NCBI RefSeq assembly: GCF_001194135.2
Contig: NC_068985.1
Span: 126,359,002-126,392,298 of the forward strand
Length of the DNA stretch: 33,297 nt
Reading direction: 5' to 3'
Source of the DNA: Octopus bimaculoides
Lineage: Eukaryota
Below are positions 1-12,139 of the stretch, in pieces (position 1 is the first letter of the stretch; each line of letters opens with the position of its first letter). Both the position numbers and the translations under genes were made by a program. Under the pieces are notes generated by a model. The model worked only from the letters and a program-made list of their open reading frames with translations. It did not search any database and had not been told where the DNA came from.

Positions 1-78
<78 letters not shown>
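1..78. repeat. (TG)n microsatellite
   Basis: Pure TG repeat at the window start. Confidence 0.99.
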
Positions 79-81
<3 letters not shown>

Positions 82-85
82 TATA

Positions 86-1140
86 CAGGGATGTAAGGTA
101 TTTGTAGGCATACCTTTTTTGGATCATTGCTGCATTTTTTGCTAAATCTGTATAATCTTTGTTTCAGAAAATAATGGCAGACCCTCAGCTTACTCAAGAA
201 ATGTAGAGGCATTCTGTTAATGTGGTTATAAAGGCTGAGCATAGTGATTTAGAAATATCTTGATTGTTAAAAGTTGCCACATCTTTCATCTACAAAGTTT
301 GTAAGGAGCAAGAGACTGAAGATGGAAACGTATCACGAGTATCAAAACATAAAATGCATTCTAAACACTCTAAAATCATCAGAACATCTGAATTTATCCA
401 GCAAGTTCAACAGACCATTGATTACAATCCCATGAGGTCTATTGCAAAAGATCTCCATGTGTCAGAAGGAACAGTCAGAAATGTTGTCCACGAAGACATC
501 AGATATAAGTCTTATATGATGAGGAAAGGTCAGTTTGTCAGAAAAAGCAAAAGAAAATCACTACATCAGATCTAAAAGGCTCTTAAACAAACTGAAAAGT
601 CCAGCAGAAGAAGATTTGACTTGGTTTTTCTCAAACGAGAAAGCTTCGACCAAAGAAGTTAACAGAGGAAACCGCAGATGGCTATGTGCAGACCCTTCTG
701 ACATTCTAAGTGTTATGCATACAAAATTTCCTGCAACTGTCATGTTTTTAGGGGTTGTTAGCAATGGACATGTGAGCTTCCTTACTTCTTTCCACAAGAT
801 CTTAGAGTTCACTCTGCCGCCTACATAGAGGCACTGGAAATAATTGTTAAGCCCTGGATAGACAGCGTATACAATGGAAGGCCATATGTGTTTCAGTTAG
901 ACTCTGCACTATCACACATGGTTATAGTAACACAGGAATGGATGGTTGAAAATTGTCACGATCACATAACCCCTAACATTTGTCCTCCTAACTCCCCAGA
1001 TCTCAATCCACTGGATTATTACATGTGGAACATTGTTGAGAGAGAGGTCAGTGAACATGCCCATAACACCAAAGATTCTTTGAAAGCTGCCATAGTCAGA
1101 GTAATGTCCAAAATGAAGCAGGACCACTTGATAAAGCATG
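86..1140 (+). mobile_element. Decayed Tc1/mariner DD37D (maT-like) transposon, 3' end missing
   Basis: Starts TA|CAGGG. Frameshifted transposase pieces: HTH (RSIAKDLHVSEGTVRNVV), WFFSNEK (first D mutated), FPATVMFLGVVS, FQLDSALSH, PPNSPDLNPLDYYMW. I count 37 residues between the second and third D. Confidence 0.88.
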
Positions 1141-1159
1141 GAGATTTAGATTTTATAGA

Positions 1160-1549
1160 NNNNNNNNNNNNNNNNNNNNNNNNNNNNNNNNNNNNNNNNN
1201 NNNNNNNNNNNNNNNNNNNNNNNNNNNNNNNNNNNNNNNNNNNNNNNNNNNNNNNNNNNNNNNNNNNNNNNNNNNNNNNNNNNNNNNNNNNNNNNNNNNN
1301 NNNNNNNNNNNNNNNNNNNNNNNNNNNNNNNNNNNNNNNNNNNNNNNNNNNNNNNNNNNNNNNNNNNNNNNNNNNNNNNNNNNNNNNNNNNNNNNNNNNN
1401 NNNNNNNNNNNNNNNNNNNNNNNNNNNNNNNNNNNNNNNNNNNNNNNNNNNNNNNNNNNNNNNNNNNNNNNNNNNNNNNNNNNNNNNNNNNNNNNNNNNN
1501 NNNNNNNNNNNNNNNNNNNNNNNNNNNNNNNNNNNNNNNNNNNNNNNNN
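1160..1549. other. Assembly gap (others at 4913-4922, 8694-8890, 9534-9923, 19123-19948)
   Basis: Runs of N, mostly flanked by TA/TATG microsatellites. Confidence 1.
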
Positions 1550-1784
1550 ATATATATACATACACACACACACACACATATATATATATAAATATATATG
1601 CATGCACATGTAGACATTAGGTCAAGGGGGAGAGAAGTGAATGCAGAATATGAGTGAGAAGAAAAAGATAGACAGATTTATATACGTTAAGGAGAGAGAA
1701 AGGAGAGAACGAGTGTAAAATACGAACAAGAGAAAAATGCACGGTTATATATGTGTGTTTTGTGTGTGTATGTTTGTGTTATGT

Positions 1785-1870
1785 ATGTATGCATGTACGT
1801 ATTTATGTATGTATGTACGTGTATGTATGTATGTATGTATGTATGTATGTATGTATGTATGTATGTATTA
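1785..1870. repeat. (TATG)n microsatellite
   Basis: Tandem TATG units. Confidence 0.95.
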
Positions 1871-1889
1871 TGTAGTTGATAAAAAGACT

Positions 1890-2635
1890 AACTTAAACTT
1901 GGCGTGAGGTGTGAAAACTTCAACATTTCGTACACAGTCCTTCTTCACGAGAAAAGTTGAAAGCAGAGAAATTACCGGGAGGCATCAGAGTTTTACATCC
2001 TCTAAGCAGGAACGCAGAAGCACGTGAGCTTCATATGTGAAAAAGAAGTGGCATGAGAAATAAGAAGGAAGAAGGAAAGAGTAATGAAACGAGGAGAAGC
2101 AGGTGAAACCGTGAGTGAGATGAAAAGGAAAAAAAATGAAGAGAGGGAGAAGTTGGAGGATAAGAAAGATTGAAAACGTTCGTTTAAACCTCAATCTTAC
2201 CCGCATCACCTCTTATTGCTTTTAAAAAAAGATAAGAACCTCGGAAATCTCCTAGTAAGAAGCGCCACCGCGCCCAATCCCACATAACCAGGCACTTTTA
2301 AATGTGCTCGCCGACGATACAATACCTGCTCCTACATTAACAATACCACCACCATCACTGGACCTGAGATACATCATATTACTCAGAACTTCTAACTTAT
2401 AGCATCATATGCAAACTTTACAGCACCCTTTACATTGGTCGACGCCTTGTTGATTGCATTCGAGAGCATATTCGAAGCATACTACCAAGTATGCTAGGCC
2501 ACCCACTTCAACATCACAGGCAATTCCATTACTCACACATCAGTGTGTGGCATCACTGCGCACTATGGATCCACATTCTCTAGGAAACAGAGGGAATAAT
2601 GTTTAATATTCGATCTTAGCAGGCAACACCATTGT
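1890..2635 (+). mobile_element. Penelope-like retroelement remnant: GIY-YIG endonuclease (+) preceded by an inverted 3' end/pseudo-LTR (-)
   Basis: Plus strand about 2195-2635 gives, across frameshifts, PLIAFKKDKNLGNLLVRS, PGTFKCARRRYNTCSYI, LYIG-RRLVDCIREHIRSI and ATHFNITGNSITHTSVCGI. Minus strand about 2195-1890 gives the ORF end GLNERFQSF, then a UTR with GTGAAGA-AGGAC-TGT-GTAC-GAAA. Confidence 0.82.
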
Positions 2636-2639
2636 TTTC

Positions 2640-3065
2640 ATTATTCTGTTTAACATCCTTTCTTTTTTATTTCAGTGGGTGAACCACGCTATTAGTGTCT
2701 CTCTTCTCTAAGAACAATGGGACGTGGAAAATTCTGTAGTCATCAAGGAAAGTGCTAAAGGCATCTCTCTTCAAGTCATTGCGGAGAAGTTAGGTCTTCA
2801 TGTGGACACGGTTAGATGATTCCTGAAAGACCCTTCGCTAAGGAAGAAAAGATCCGAGTGTGTGACCTCCAAGACGGTGGCAGCTAGGGATTTAATGAAC
2901 ATTGGCCACAAGTTACGTGGGAAACCTGGACAAATAAGCAAAGCCATTTTCACCGCCTCCGGACTTCCTGATGTACCGAAAACCACCAGAAATTGCATCC
3001 TTGGCCCATGGCTTCTGTGTGAGAACCCTTGAAACTGCTTCCTTTAAAACATGTCTTCATCTCAC
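2640..3065 (+). mobile_element. N-terminal fragment of a Tc1-like transposase, resembling DD37E/TRT
   Basis: ATG at 2717. Broken frame VIKESAKGISLQVIAEKLGLHVDTVR*FLKDP...KPGQISKAIFTASGLPDVPKTTRNCIL-PMASV-PLKL, an HTH region. No catalytic domain is present, so the family call rests on remembered similarity. Confidence 0.62.
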
Positions 3066-3636
3066 ACACTTGAATGAAATGGTGATGGATGTGTTGTGTA
3101 TGAGTGCGTGTGTGTGTGCACATATGCGTGTGTGTGCGTGCATGTGTACGTGTATGTGTGTGTGTGTGCGTGTGTGTGCGTGCGTGTGTGTGTGTACGTG
3201 TATGTGTGTGTGTGCGTGTGTGTCGCGCGCGCGTATAATATAGCACCGTTAATTCAGAGACGCTTTGCTCTCCAATTTTTTTCCTTCCATGTTTTCTCTC
3301 TGCGTCTCTTTCTGTTAAAGATCGTAAGCTCGAAACGACTTCTTGCTTTTCCTGAACGTCAAACTAATACACCCAGTTCGTTATTCTTTCACCTGTCTCT
3401 GTTTTACGCATATTTTTGTATATGTTTTAACCATACACACACACACACTCACACACACACACACACATGCCCGCATACACACGTATCCATTACCACCTCA
3501 TCCCATCGTGTCGTTTGTTCAGATCTTTCGATACCATTACATATATACACAAATGCACGCTTCCTCTCTTTCAATCTTTTTTTCTTCTTTTTTCATTTAA
3601 ACTTTGTTGTTATCATTCTTCTGGCTGGTTAGCAGA

Positions 3637-3856
3637 AAGACAGTGAGCTGGCAGAATCGTTAACACGCCAGGCAAAATACTTAGCGGCATTTCATCCGTC
3701 TTTTTGTTCTGAGTTCAAATTCCGCGGAGGTCGACTTTGCTTTTCATTTTTTCGGTGTCGGTAAATTAAGTATCGGTCAAGTACCTGGATCGATGAGATC
3801 GATTATCCTACTCCCCAAAAATTCAGGCCTTGTACCTTTACTAGAAAGGATTATTC
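3637..3856 (+). mobile_element. tRNA-derived SINE, family A
   Basis: GAGCTGGCAGAATCG (A-box-like), GAGTTCAAATTCC (B-box-like), GAGGTCGACTTTGC body, CAGGCCTTGT..AGAAAGGA tail. Related copies at 11390 and 27955. Confidence 0.85.
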
Positions 3857-4145
3857 TTCATATTTTTTAACATTTTCTTTTCTTTCTCTTCTTTTCTTAT
3901 TACTCTATCTTTTCCTCGTGTTCTTTCTCTTTCTTTTCCTTGTGTCATCCATATTTCGCTGTCTCTTTTCGTTTTGCATGAGTTTGTTTTAATAAATACA
4001 TGCACTTGTGTGTTGTTGTGTATGTCTGAATCTGTGTGCAGGCGCGTGTGAGTGTGTGTTCGTGCACACATGTGAGCGCGTGTGTGTTTGTATGTGCTTC
4101 TGCGCGCGCCTGTGTACATACATCGTACGACTGCGCACTTGCACA

Positions 4146-4237
<92 letters not shown>

Positions 4238-4479
4238 TGTGTATGTGTGTGCGTTTGTGCGCGAGTCAATAAGCTTGTGTATGCAAGCGCACATAGATGT
4301 AAATGTATATGAAACAAGTATGTCTGTGTGCGCGAGTGTGTTTACACGCATATGCCCATGCCAAGTTCTTTTCTGTACACGTATTGTATGTATATGCGAG
4401 TGAATACGCACATGGGTGTATATTTGTGCTTTTGTGCGTATAGAGAGAGACATGTACACATGGCTCTCTCTACTACTCA

Positions 4480-4552
4480 TTTTTGCCAGCTGAGTGGATT
4501 GGAGCAACATAAAATAAAGTGTCTTACTCAAGAACACAACGCGAGAAAAGAC
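4480..4552 (-). mobile_element. SINE core fragment (family D)
   Basis: ACTCATTTTTGCCAGCTGAGTGGATTGGAGCAAC..GTGTCTTACTCAAGAACACAACGC matches the copies at 12.3, 17.4 and 31.3 kb. Confidence 0.75.
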
Positions 4553-4599
4553 ATTTCAATAACGCTCTTGGCATTAATCTGGAAGCTCGAAGACGAAAA

Positions 4600-4860
4600 C
4601 ATACATGCATACAAACATACATACATGCATACATACATACATACATACATACATACATACATGCATACGTACGTACGTCCATCCATCCATACATGCATGC
4701 ATACATACATACGTACGTACATACATACATCCATACATACATGCATGCATACATACATACGTACGTACATACATACATCCATACATACACGCATGCATAC
4801 GCACGTACGTACGTAAGTACATACATACATACATACATAATACATACATACATACATACA

Positions 4861-4893
<33 letters not shown>

Positions 4894-5262
4894 GCATGCG
4901 TACGTACGTAAGNNNNNNNNNNTACATACATACATCCATACATACATGCATGCATACATACATACGTACGTACATACATACATCCATACATACACGCATG
5001 CATACGCACGTACGTACGTAAGTACATACATACATACATACATAATACATACATACATACATACATACATATATGCATACATATATGCATGCGTACGTAC
5101 GTAAGTACATCAGTCCATCCATCCCTCCATCCCTCCATCCCTCCATCCATCCCTCCATCCATCCATCCATCCATCCATCCATACATACATACATACATAC
5201 GTACATACATACATACGTACATACATACATACAGGTACATCCCCACTTATACATACATACAC
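4600..5262. repeat. Compound (CATA)n/(CGTA)n/(CCAT)n microsatellite
   Basis: Tetranucleotide arrays that generate the many HTYI/MYVC ORFs. Confidence 0.97.
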
Positions 5263-5289
5263 GTAAAATATGAAAGCATCTCTGGTCCC

Positions 5290-6470
5290 ATTAAAGGCAC
5301 CGGCCCTGACGGTGTCTCTTCTATTATCTGTAACCGTTGCGTCTCAGATGTAACCCCTATTCTCAACAAACATTTCAATTTCTCTCTCTGCAGAACATTG
5401 TCCCGATCTTCAGGAACATGTTACAGTGTAACCATTTCCAAGAAGTACACCCTATGTGATACCCCAGCTACCTACCTATCTCTCTCCTTTCTGTTTTAAC
5501 ATCTTAAAATCGTTAACAGTCGTTAGTAACCACCTTCTCCAACAACTTGAGGCCCACGATCTCCTTAATAACTTGTAACTAGTACAGCTTTTGTAAAGCC
5601 AGGTCTACTGAAGGCGTGCTCTCACTCAGAAATTTTAAGATAGCAAGACATCGGGAAATTCGTGACTAAGCTGTCTCGTTTATGAGCTCCATCCGTCTCT
5701 CGTTTCTTGGTTTGGAAGTGTCTTGTTAGATCGCGCCTACGCTGCGAGCGGCGTATGCTGATAAACACACAAATGCACACACAAACACACTCACATACAC
5801 ACACTCTCTCTCTTTCTCCCTCTCTCTCCCTCTCTTTCTTTCTCTCTGATCAACACTCTGATGTAACTAAATCCGATATACTCCAGGTTTAAATTACACA
5901 CATTTTGTCCTGTAAATCAACGACCTACTTGCTGTCCTTCATAATATTCGCACTCAGTCCTTCATAACGTTCCGCATACAAGCGTCCTCCACGTGTGACT
6001 AATTATATGTCACTCCGAACCAACATTGCCTTATCAAACATAGTCCCCGAAGTCATTTTCCAAAGATAACGTACCGATAGGCACAATCACCACTAATATC
6101 CAGAAAACTATGATACAACCATTCCCCTAGTCACAGACAACACACAACTAAATCCCTCCGAGTAGCTAATGTGATGATCTCACATTCAAAATGATAGCAG
6201 AAAGTGCATCATCATACACTAAACTTCTACTCCAAGGGTAAAAGATACATCAGCCTCTGCTAGTTGTTAATTCTCTACAAAGTTTTTGAGAGACGCTCAA
6301 TGCGCACATCTGACACGGTACAATTGCGCAAAGTACAAATACGCAGGACTGTATCATGAAAAACAGAAGCGACCCAACTGATTGCCTCACAAATACACTT
6401 CCACAGCTTACGTGTGCTCACTCTCATTTTTGCCGCTAATACTACTACGGCATCTGTTTCCCTTTCATGA
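5290..6470 (+). mobile_element. Decayed CR1/Jockey-group (Zenon-like) LINE reverse transcriptase, interrupted at about 5640-5900
   Basis: [81 protein letters not shown] and FCR*YYYGIC appear in the expected order. Confidence 0.78.
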
Positions 6471-6956
6471 CTAAACTATTAAAAAAAAATTCATGTTTAC
6501 AACCAATCACATTGTATACATGTACTCACACACACACACATGCACACATGCACACAAATGTATATCTACATAGTAAACGCATGCACTCTCCGGATACATT
6601 GAATCAGATGCATAGTAAAAGTTTGTAAAGCATTTCAGTGATTCTCCATTCGAGGCTGCTGGCTGAACATAGGCACTCAACTACATAAGCATATGGAATA
6701 TACTTTGAAGCCCACACATAAAGAGCAATGAAACTTGCGTTCTGTTACGACATACATACTGACAATGGGTGCAAGTTTATCCACACGCACACGTGTATGC
6801 ATCCATTAACCAATTCAGTAACCGCGGACCACAAGAACTGTCATGACTTAAAGACAGGGGCCTTGCCACTTCGTTAGTGACCGGCTTGAAAGGTAAAAAA
6901 AAGGAATTAGAAAAAATTTCAAATAATCCGAAAGAAACATACGTACTTACACACAC

Positions 6957-7009
<53 letters not shown>

Positions 7010-7014
7010 AAAAT

Positions 7015-7200
7015 CAAAGGTAGAACAGAAATAGCACAACAAAACAGAAGGCATCAAAACACAACATGCGGAAAAAGGGACGATAGCGCGTCAACAGCAA
7101 ACAGAAAAAAACACGATACAAGATACACGGATCATTCGCAGCCGATTACCTCTTCAGTCGGAGTCCGGGGGAATGTCTTCGTGGTTTCTCCCACTTATCT
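7015..7200 (-). mobile_element. Possible Penelope-like pseudo-LTR fragment with degenerate hammerhead core
   Basis: Minus strand CTGAAGAG-GTA-ATCGGC-TGC-GAAT followed by a T-rich UTR-like tract. No ORF support. Confidence 0.4.
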
Positions 7201-7239
7201 CCGATACTGATACTACTACTACTACTACTACGATATATA

Positions 7240-7495
7240 TTTTTTTTCTTTTTTTTTCTTTAAGTTTCAGCTTAGAGCTGCGGCCATGCTGATGCACCAC
7301 CGTGTTGCTACACTGTTATTACAGGCAGCCTCTTACAATATGTGGCACTTGGTGAAGAATGGAGTTTGATTTAGCAACTCTTATTTGCACCTCCTGCCGC
7401 GAGGTAGGTTCATCTGGGACTCTCGATAGGAAGAGGTCCAGCTTTGATTTAAAAACTCCTACATCTACTTTGTGCAGATTCCTCAGGCATATATT
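7240..7495 (-). mobile_element. 3' end of a CR1/L2-type LINE (ORF2 end, 3'UTR, A-rich tail)
   Basis: Minus strand CLRNLHKVDVGVFKSKLDLFLSRVPDEPTSRQEVQIRVAKSNSILHQV..* (stop at 7319-7321), then GGTGCATCAGCATGGCCGCAG..GCTGAAAC and poly(A). Confidence 0.75.
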
Positions 7496-8606
7496 TGTTT
7501 TTATTTTGAGTTATGAATAAACTGAAAGATTACTCAATTTGTACAGTGCAGCCGTATAGAGATGCAAACAAAAATTGCATTACTTTCTGACTCATCCTCG
7601 TATTTATTATAGTAGACAAGTTAAGGCAATTGGTAGTCTTCATCGGATACTCCGATGAAGGCTAGCAGACCGAAGCTTTGCAGTCACTGTCGCCATCCTT
7701 CTTGGAAAAGTATTATATATAATAGATAACAAGTCGTATAGTCTATGCTTGGTAGCTTACCGGTAAAGCACGTTCATTTTCCCAGTGTTAGTTGTGTATT
7801 GACCAAATATATATATATATATGAGTGCGTATAAAGAGAAAACATTAGATAGATTAAAGTAAAGAAGACATGTAAAAACTTACTTTTGCTATTGCTGATT
7901 TAGTTGTTATATAAGCCTGGAAGAGAAGTCACTTGTCCGGAAAAAGCAGTGCGTGGTGGCTGTAGAGACGATCAGACTTCTGAAAGATCGAACAAATGTG
8001 CAAGTACAATTGAATATTGGTGTTTCAGTTTGGCGATTAAGTGTCAGCTTTTATAAAAAGTGAGAATCGCCCACCTACATATCCACCTGTCATCATACGC
8101 CACGCAGCTTCATGCAGCTTTTGCTATCATAAATCATAAGCATCCCAACACAGCCATTACTGCCAGCGACACCAGTGATAGCCGACTACGAAGACAATGA
8201 AATAAACAATAACTGCACCCTCCACCGTCACTACCACCACCAGGACTACAAACATATGTTTCCAAAGATCAGGATAAATTCCCAGAGAGAGAGAGACAGA
8301 CAGACAGAGACAGAGACAGACAGACAGAGACAGAGACAGACAGACAGAAGGGAGGGACAGCGAGAAATTTTAGGGAAAGAAGCTATGCTTCTTTAAAACT
8401 GTTGTTGTTGTTGTTATTTAACCATCGGCTGGATTTGATTGAGAAGATCTATAATCGAAAAGATGTCATAAATGACCATGCTGCCTGTTGTTTTCAGTTG
8501 TCAACTGTCTAATACTACATCATAGAAGGCAGCTTTAGCAGCAATAAATCTATGGTGGCTTTCTTGTTGGCTGGTAAATGGAGAGGTTTTCGCGCTTACC
8601 CTATAA

Positions 8607-8637
<31 letters not shown>

Positions 8638-8908
8638 TATCTATATATATATACATACATACATATATATATATAGTCAATATATATATAGTCNNNNNNN
8701 NNNNNNNNNNNNNNNNNNNNNNNNNNNNNNNNNNNNNNNNNNNNNNNNNNNNNNNNNNNNNNNNNNNNNNNNNNNNNNNNNNNNNNNNNNNNNNNNNNNN
8801 NNNNNNNNNNNNNNNNNNNNNNNNNNNNNNNNNNNNNNNNNNNNNNNNNNNNNNNNNNNNNNNNNNNNNNNNNNNNNNNNNNNNNNNNNNTATATATATA
8901 TATATATA

Positions 8909-9110
8909 CGAGGGCGTGCCGAAAAGTTCGCGAAAGGCTTGGCTGGAAGCCCAACCTTCCGAGTTCTTTTACAGGGCTTAGAAAAACTGAAGGACCGCTG
9001 CAATAAGTATGTGGATTTGAGAAAGGGAAGATGTTGAATAAAATCATAATTAACTGATCCTCTTGTATTTTCTTTTACCCAAAGCCAAGAACCTTTCAGC
9101 CATCCACTCG
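8909..9110 (+). mobile_element. Mariner internal-deletion derivative (202 bp)
   Basis: TA|CGAGGGCGTGCCGAAAAGTTC ... GAACCTTTCAGCCATCCACTCG|TA imperfect TIRs. The interior encodes the mariner C-terminus QGLEKLKDRCNKYVDLR-EDVE*. Confidence 0.85.
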
Positions 9111-9138
9111 TATGTATGTATGTATGTATGTATGTATG

Positions 9139-9166
<28 letters not shown>

Positions 9167-9169
<3 letters not shown>

Positions 9170-9320
9170 GGCAAATAAGAAAATGGAGAGGATATAAAAT
9201 ATATATACACATCCAGCAATTCGTTTACTTGTACCACTTAAACATGTGTCTGTTATAATGGAATGTTTACATGCTGATATTTGTCGATTTTATATCCTCT
9301 CCATTTTCTTATTTGCCTTA
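9167..9320. mobile_element. Small MITE-like inverted repeat with TA ends
   Basis: 9167-9201 TAAGGCAAATAAGAAAATGGGAGAGGATATAAAAT is the reverse complement of 9287-9320 apart from one extra G. Confidence 0.75.
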
Positions 9321-10144
9321 TAAATCCTGGGTAAATTTCCAGTTTACCCCCATCCATACCTAGTATTCAATTGCAATATTGCCATGCAATAGTAAGCACT
9401 TGGTTAAAAATACAGAGGTACACATCCAGTAGTATATTGGATATTTCATATCCCTTAGATGGTTTCTTAACCTCTAACTCATACAGACATATAGATATGT
9501 GTATATATATATATATATATTCATATATATATANNNNNNNNNNNNNNNNNNNNNNNNNNNNNNNNNNNNNNNNNNNNNNNNNNNNNNNNNNNNNNNNNNN
9601 NNNNNNNNNNNNNNNNNNNNNNNNNNNNNNNNNNNNNNNNNNNNNNNNNNNNNNNNNNNNNNNNNNNNNNNNNNNNNNNNNNNNNNNNNNNNNNNNNNNN
9701 NNNNNNNNNNNNNNNNNNNNNNNNNNNNNNNNNNNNNNNNNNNNNNNNNNNNNNNNNNNNNNNNNNNNNNNNNNNNNNNNNNNNNNNNNNNNNNNNNNNN
9801 NNNNNNNNNNNNNNNNNNNNNNNNNNNNNNNNNNNNNNNNNNNNNNNNNNNNNNNNNNNNNNNNNNNNNNNNNNNNNNNNNNNNNNNNNNNNNNNNNNNN
9901 NNNNNNNNNNNNNNNNNNNNNNNTATATATATATATTGTGATAAGACTGAGGAAATGGAGTGGATTTTGATATACATTTACAGGAAGTGTAAAATATTGA
10001 GCTCGATAACGGCGAAAATTGGTAAATTCGTCAGAAGGTTGGATAAAAAGCTTTGGGTGTATCTATTCTGGCTTTCTGAATTTTAAGTTCAAATCCTGTA
10101 GAGGGCATCTTTACTTTTCAGCCTTTTCAGGGTCGATAAATATG

Positions 10145-11250
10145 TTGGAATCCATGGCGAGTGTTTGCCAGAGGTTTTAGATCGTCGGACAGAATGGCTC
10201 GTGATGTCTGTTCTGTCCTCTTGCGTGCGTTGTGGTAGCAATGCTTTTAATAACACTGGTACCAAACTGTATCGCCCCTAAAGTGGTAACATTTCTCTCG
10301 GAGAAAATCGGGAGCCGTGGAGAGAGGAGACATACCTGCTTGTGCAATTGCCTTTCTTTTATTTAAAAATAAAAAGCTTGTCTTAGGCCTGCGCATACAA
10401 GTGTGGAGATATATGATAAACCCCGTCCGATGGAATTCTTATATCAATTGGATGTAAATTGAACAGCAAACGTTGAAGCATCACTCACGGAAATATTGCT
10501 TATAGAACCATCATGGTTAAGGAGTGGTAGATAACAGGATTCCAAAAACCTTGTAGAAACTATTTTCACACGGAAACAGAAGGACTGGTTATAGATTGGG
10601 GACGTGTGTGTACCGATGTTTATTTTCCTTCTTGAATAGTAGTCTTGCATGATTAGCAGTGGTGAATAAAGATCACTCATTTGGGGGTGGGGGTGATTTG
10701 CCCCCAAGTGTTATAGGAAGGGTTTCTAAGAGTGAGGTTCAGCCGGTACATCGGTTCAGGGTTCAGAGAAATACTGAGTGGCCCGTAATTATCGGCTGGG
10801 TCTTACCCTAAAATAAAAGAAAAGATATGTATAGTTCTCTTGAATTTTGAGAGTCTCACTCTACGGCTCTAGAAGAAGTTTTGTCCTGCATTTCCAAATT
10901 TCTATCGTAGGACTAGTTAGTAAGCAACTTTCTTCGCCTATACAGGTTCCGCATAACTACGTGCGAACAATTTTTAGAGCCACGAAGGGATTATGGGCTC
11001 TTTGGGGGTTGTAGATGGAGATGCATTAGAGAATCGTTTTAGTGCTCTGATGCAAGGGTTAGGAATGAAGTACAGTTGTTACAATAGATAAACAGCGTAA
11101 AACTAACGAAGCTCTGACATATCTGCTATACTGAAGATCAGATGCAGAAACCGTGGTGGTTTGTTAGAGACTGAGTTGGCGGCAAGTTAGAGAGGGATCT
11201 GTGTATCGATTAGGGAAGCATATACAGGATGATAGCAAATTGATATAGAA
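10145..11250 (-). mobile_element. Decayed CR1/Zenon-like LINE, endonuclease-to-RT linker
   Basis: Minus strand pieces SELR*FYAVY, TANHARLLFKK, VKIVSTRFLESCYLPLLNHDGSISNISVSDASTFAVQFTSN resemble the CR1 linker motif (FPPLLxxDGS..AxxFAxxF). Heavily frameshifted. Confidence 0.6.
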
Positions 11251-11389
11251 TCATGCCTCCAATAAAAGTGTATGAAATTTTGACTTTCCAGCTGCAATCT
11301 TGTCCGTACAACCCTGTATTAACATGCTATACAATATCCATTGTTATAGTTCGGAAGTACCATCTCTGCGAATAAATTGAAATACTGTT

Positions 11390-11600
11390 ATGGCAGAATA
11401 GTTAGCACGCTCGACAAAATGCTTATCGACATTTCGTCCATCTTTATTTACTGAGTTCAAATTGCGCCGAGGTCGACTTTGCATTTGTATCCTTCGGGAT
11501 CGATAAAATAAGTACCAGTTTCGCACTGGGTTTGATGTAATCGACTAGCCTCCTAATACTCCCAAAATTTCAGGCCTTGTGACTATTGCAGAAAGGAATA
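11390..11600 (+). mobile_element. tRNA-derived SINE, family A
   Basis: GGCAGAATAGTTAGCACGC..GAGTTCAAATTGCGCCGAGGTCGACTTTGC..CAGGCCTTGTG, homologous to 3637-3856. Confidence 0.85.
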
Positions 11601-11826
11601 AATTAAAACACTTTACCGATTGTTATTAGTATACTTCATTACTTGTCTGCGACCTATGTCTTTACTTATTTCTAAAACACAGTTTCCAAGGAATTTATGA
11701 ATCAAAATCTTTGATAACATCCAATATCACAATTTCACTCCTTACACGCAAATGTAGTCGATGCTTTCTCTATAATTTCAGTTATTCTCTTACTGTTGTC
11801 GGTTGCTGGACTGTAGTCATGCTGCT

Positions 11827-11867
<41 letters not shown>

Positions 11868-12139
11868 ACCGCCAAACTTCCACTATGTTGTTTTCAATCA
11901 AATTTCACTAACAATTTTTGATTGATTCGAGGAGACGGTAGAAAATACTTGCACAAACTACCACCAGTGAGACTGAACTCGAGATCCAACAATTACGAAG
12001 TAAACTATTTGATCAGATAGGCCGCATCCTTTTGGTTAATGTTATTTATTTATTTACTTATTTATTTTGTCTAATTGATATCGGGCCCTGACTTGAGAGG
12101 AGTCATATGAAGAATGTAACTCTATTATAACAACTTCTA

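Noticed and set aside
4723-5106. About 190-bp direct duplication on both sides of the 10-N gap
   Set aside because: Near-identical sequence flanking a minimal gap in a microsatellite is typical of unmerged contig ends or haplotypes.
3096-5499. Long ORFs rich in CV, HT, MYVC and HTYI
   Set aside because: Translations of stop-free di- and tetranucleotide repeats in several frames at once. The same holds at 13.7-14.9, 16.3-16.6 and 20.0-20.2 kb.
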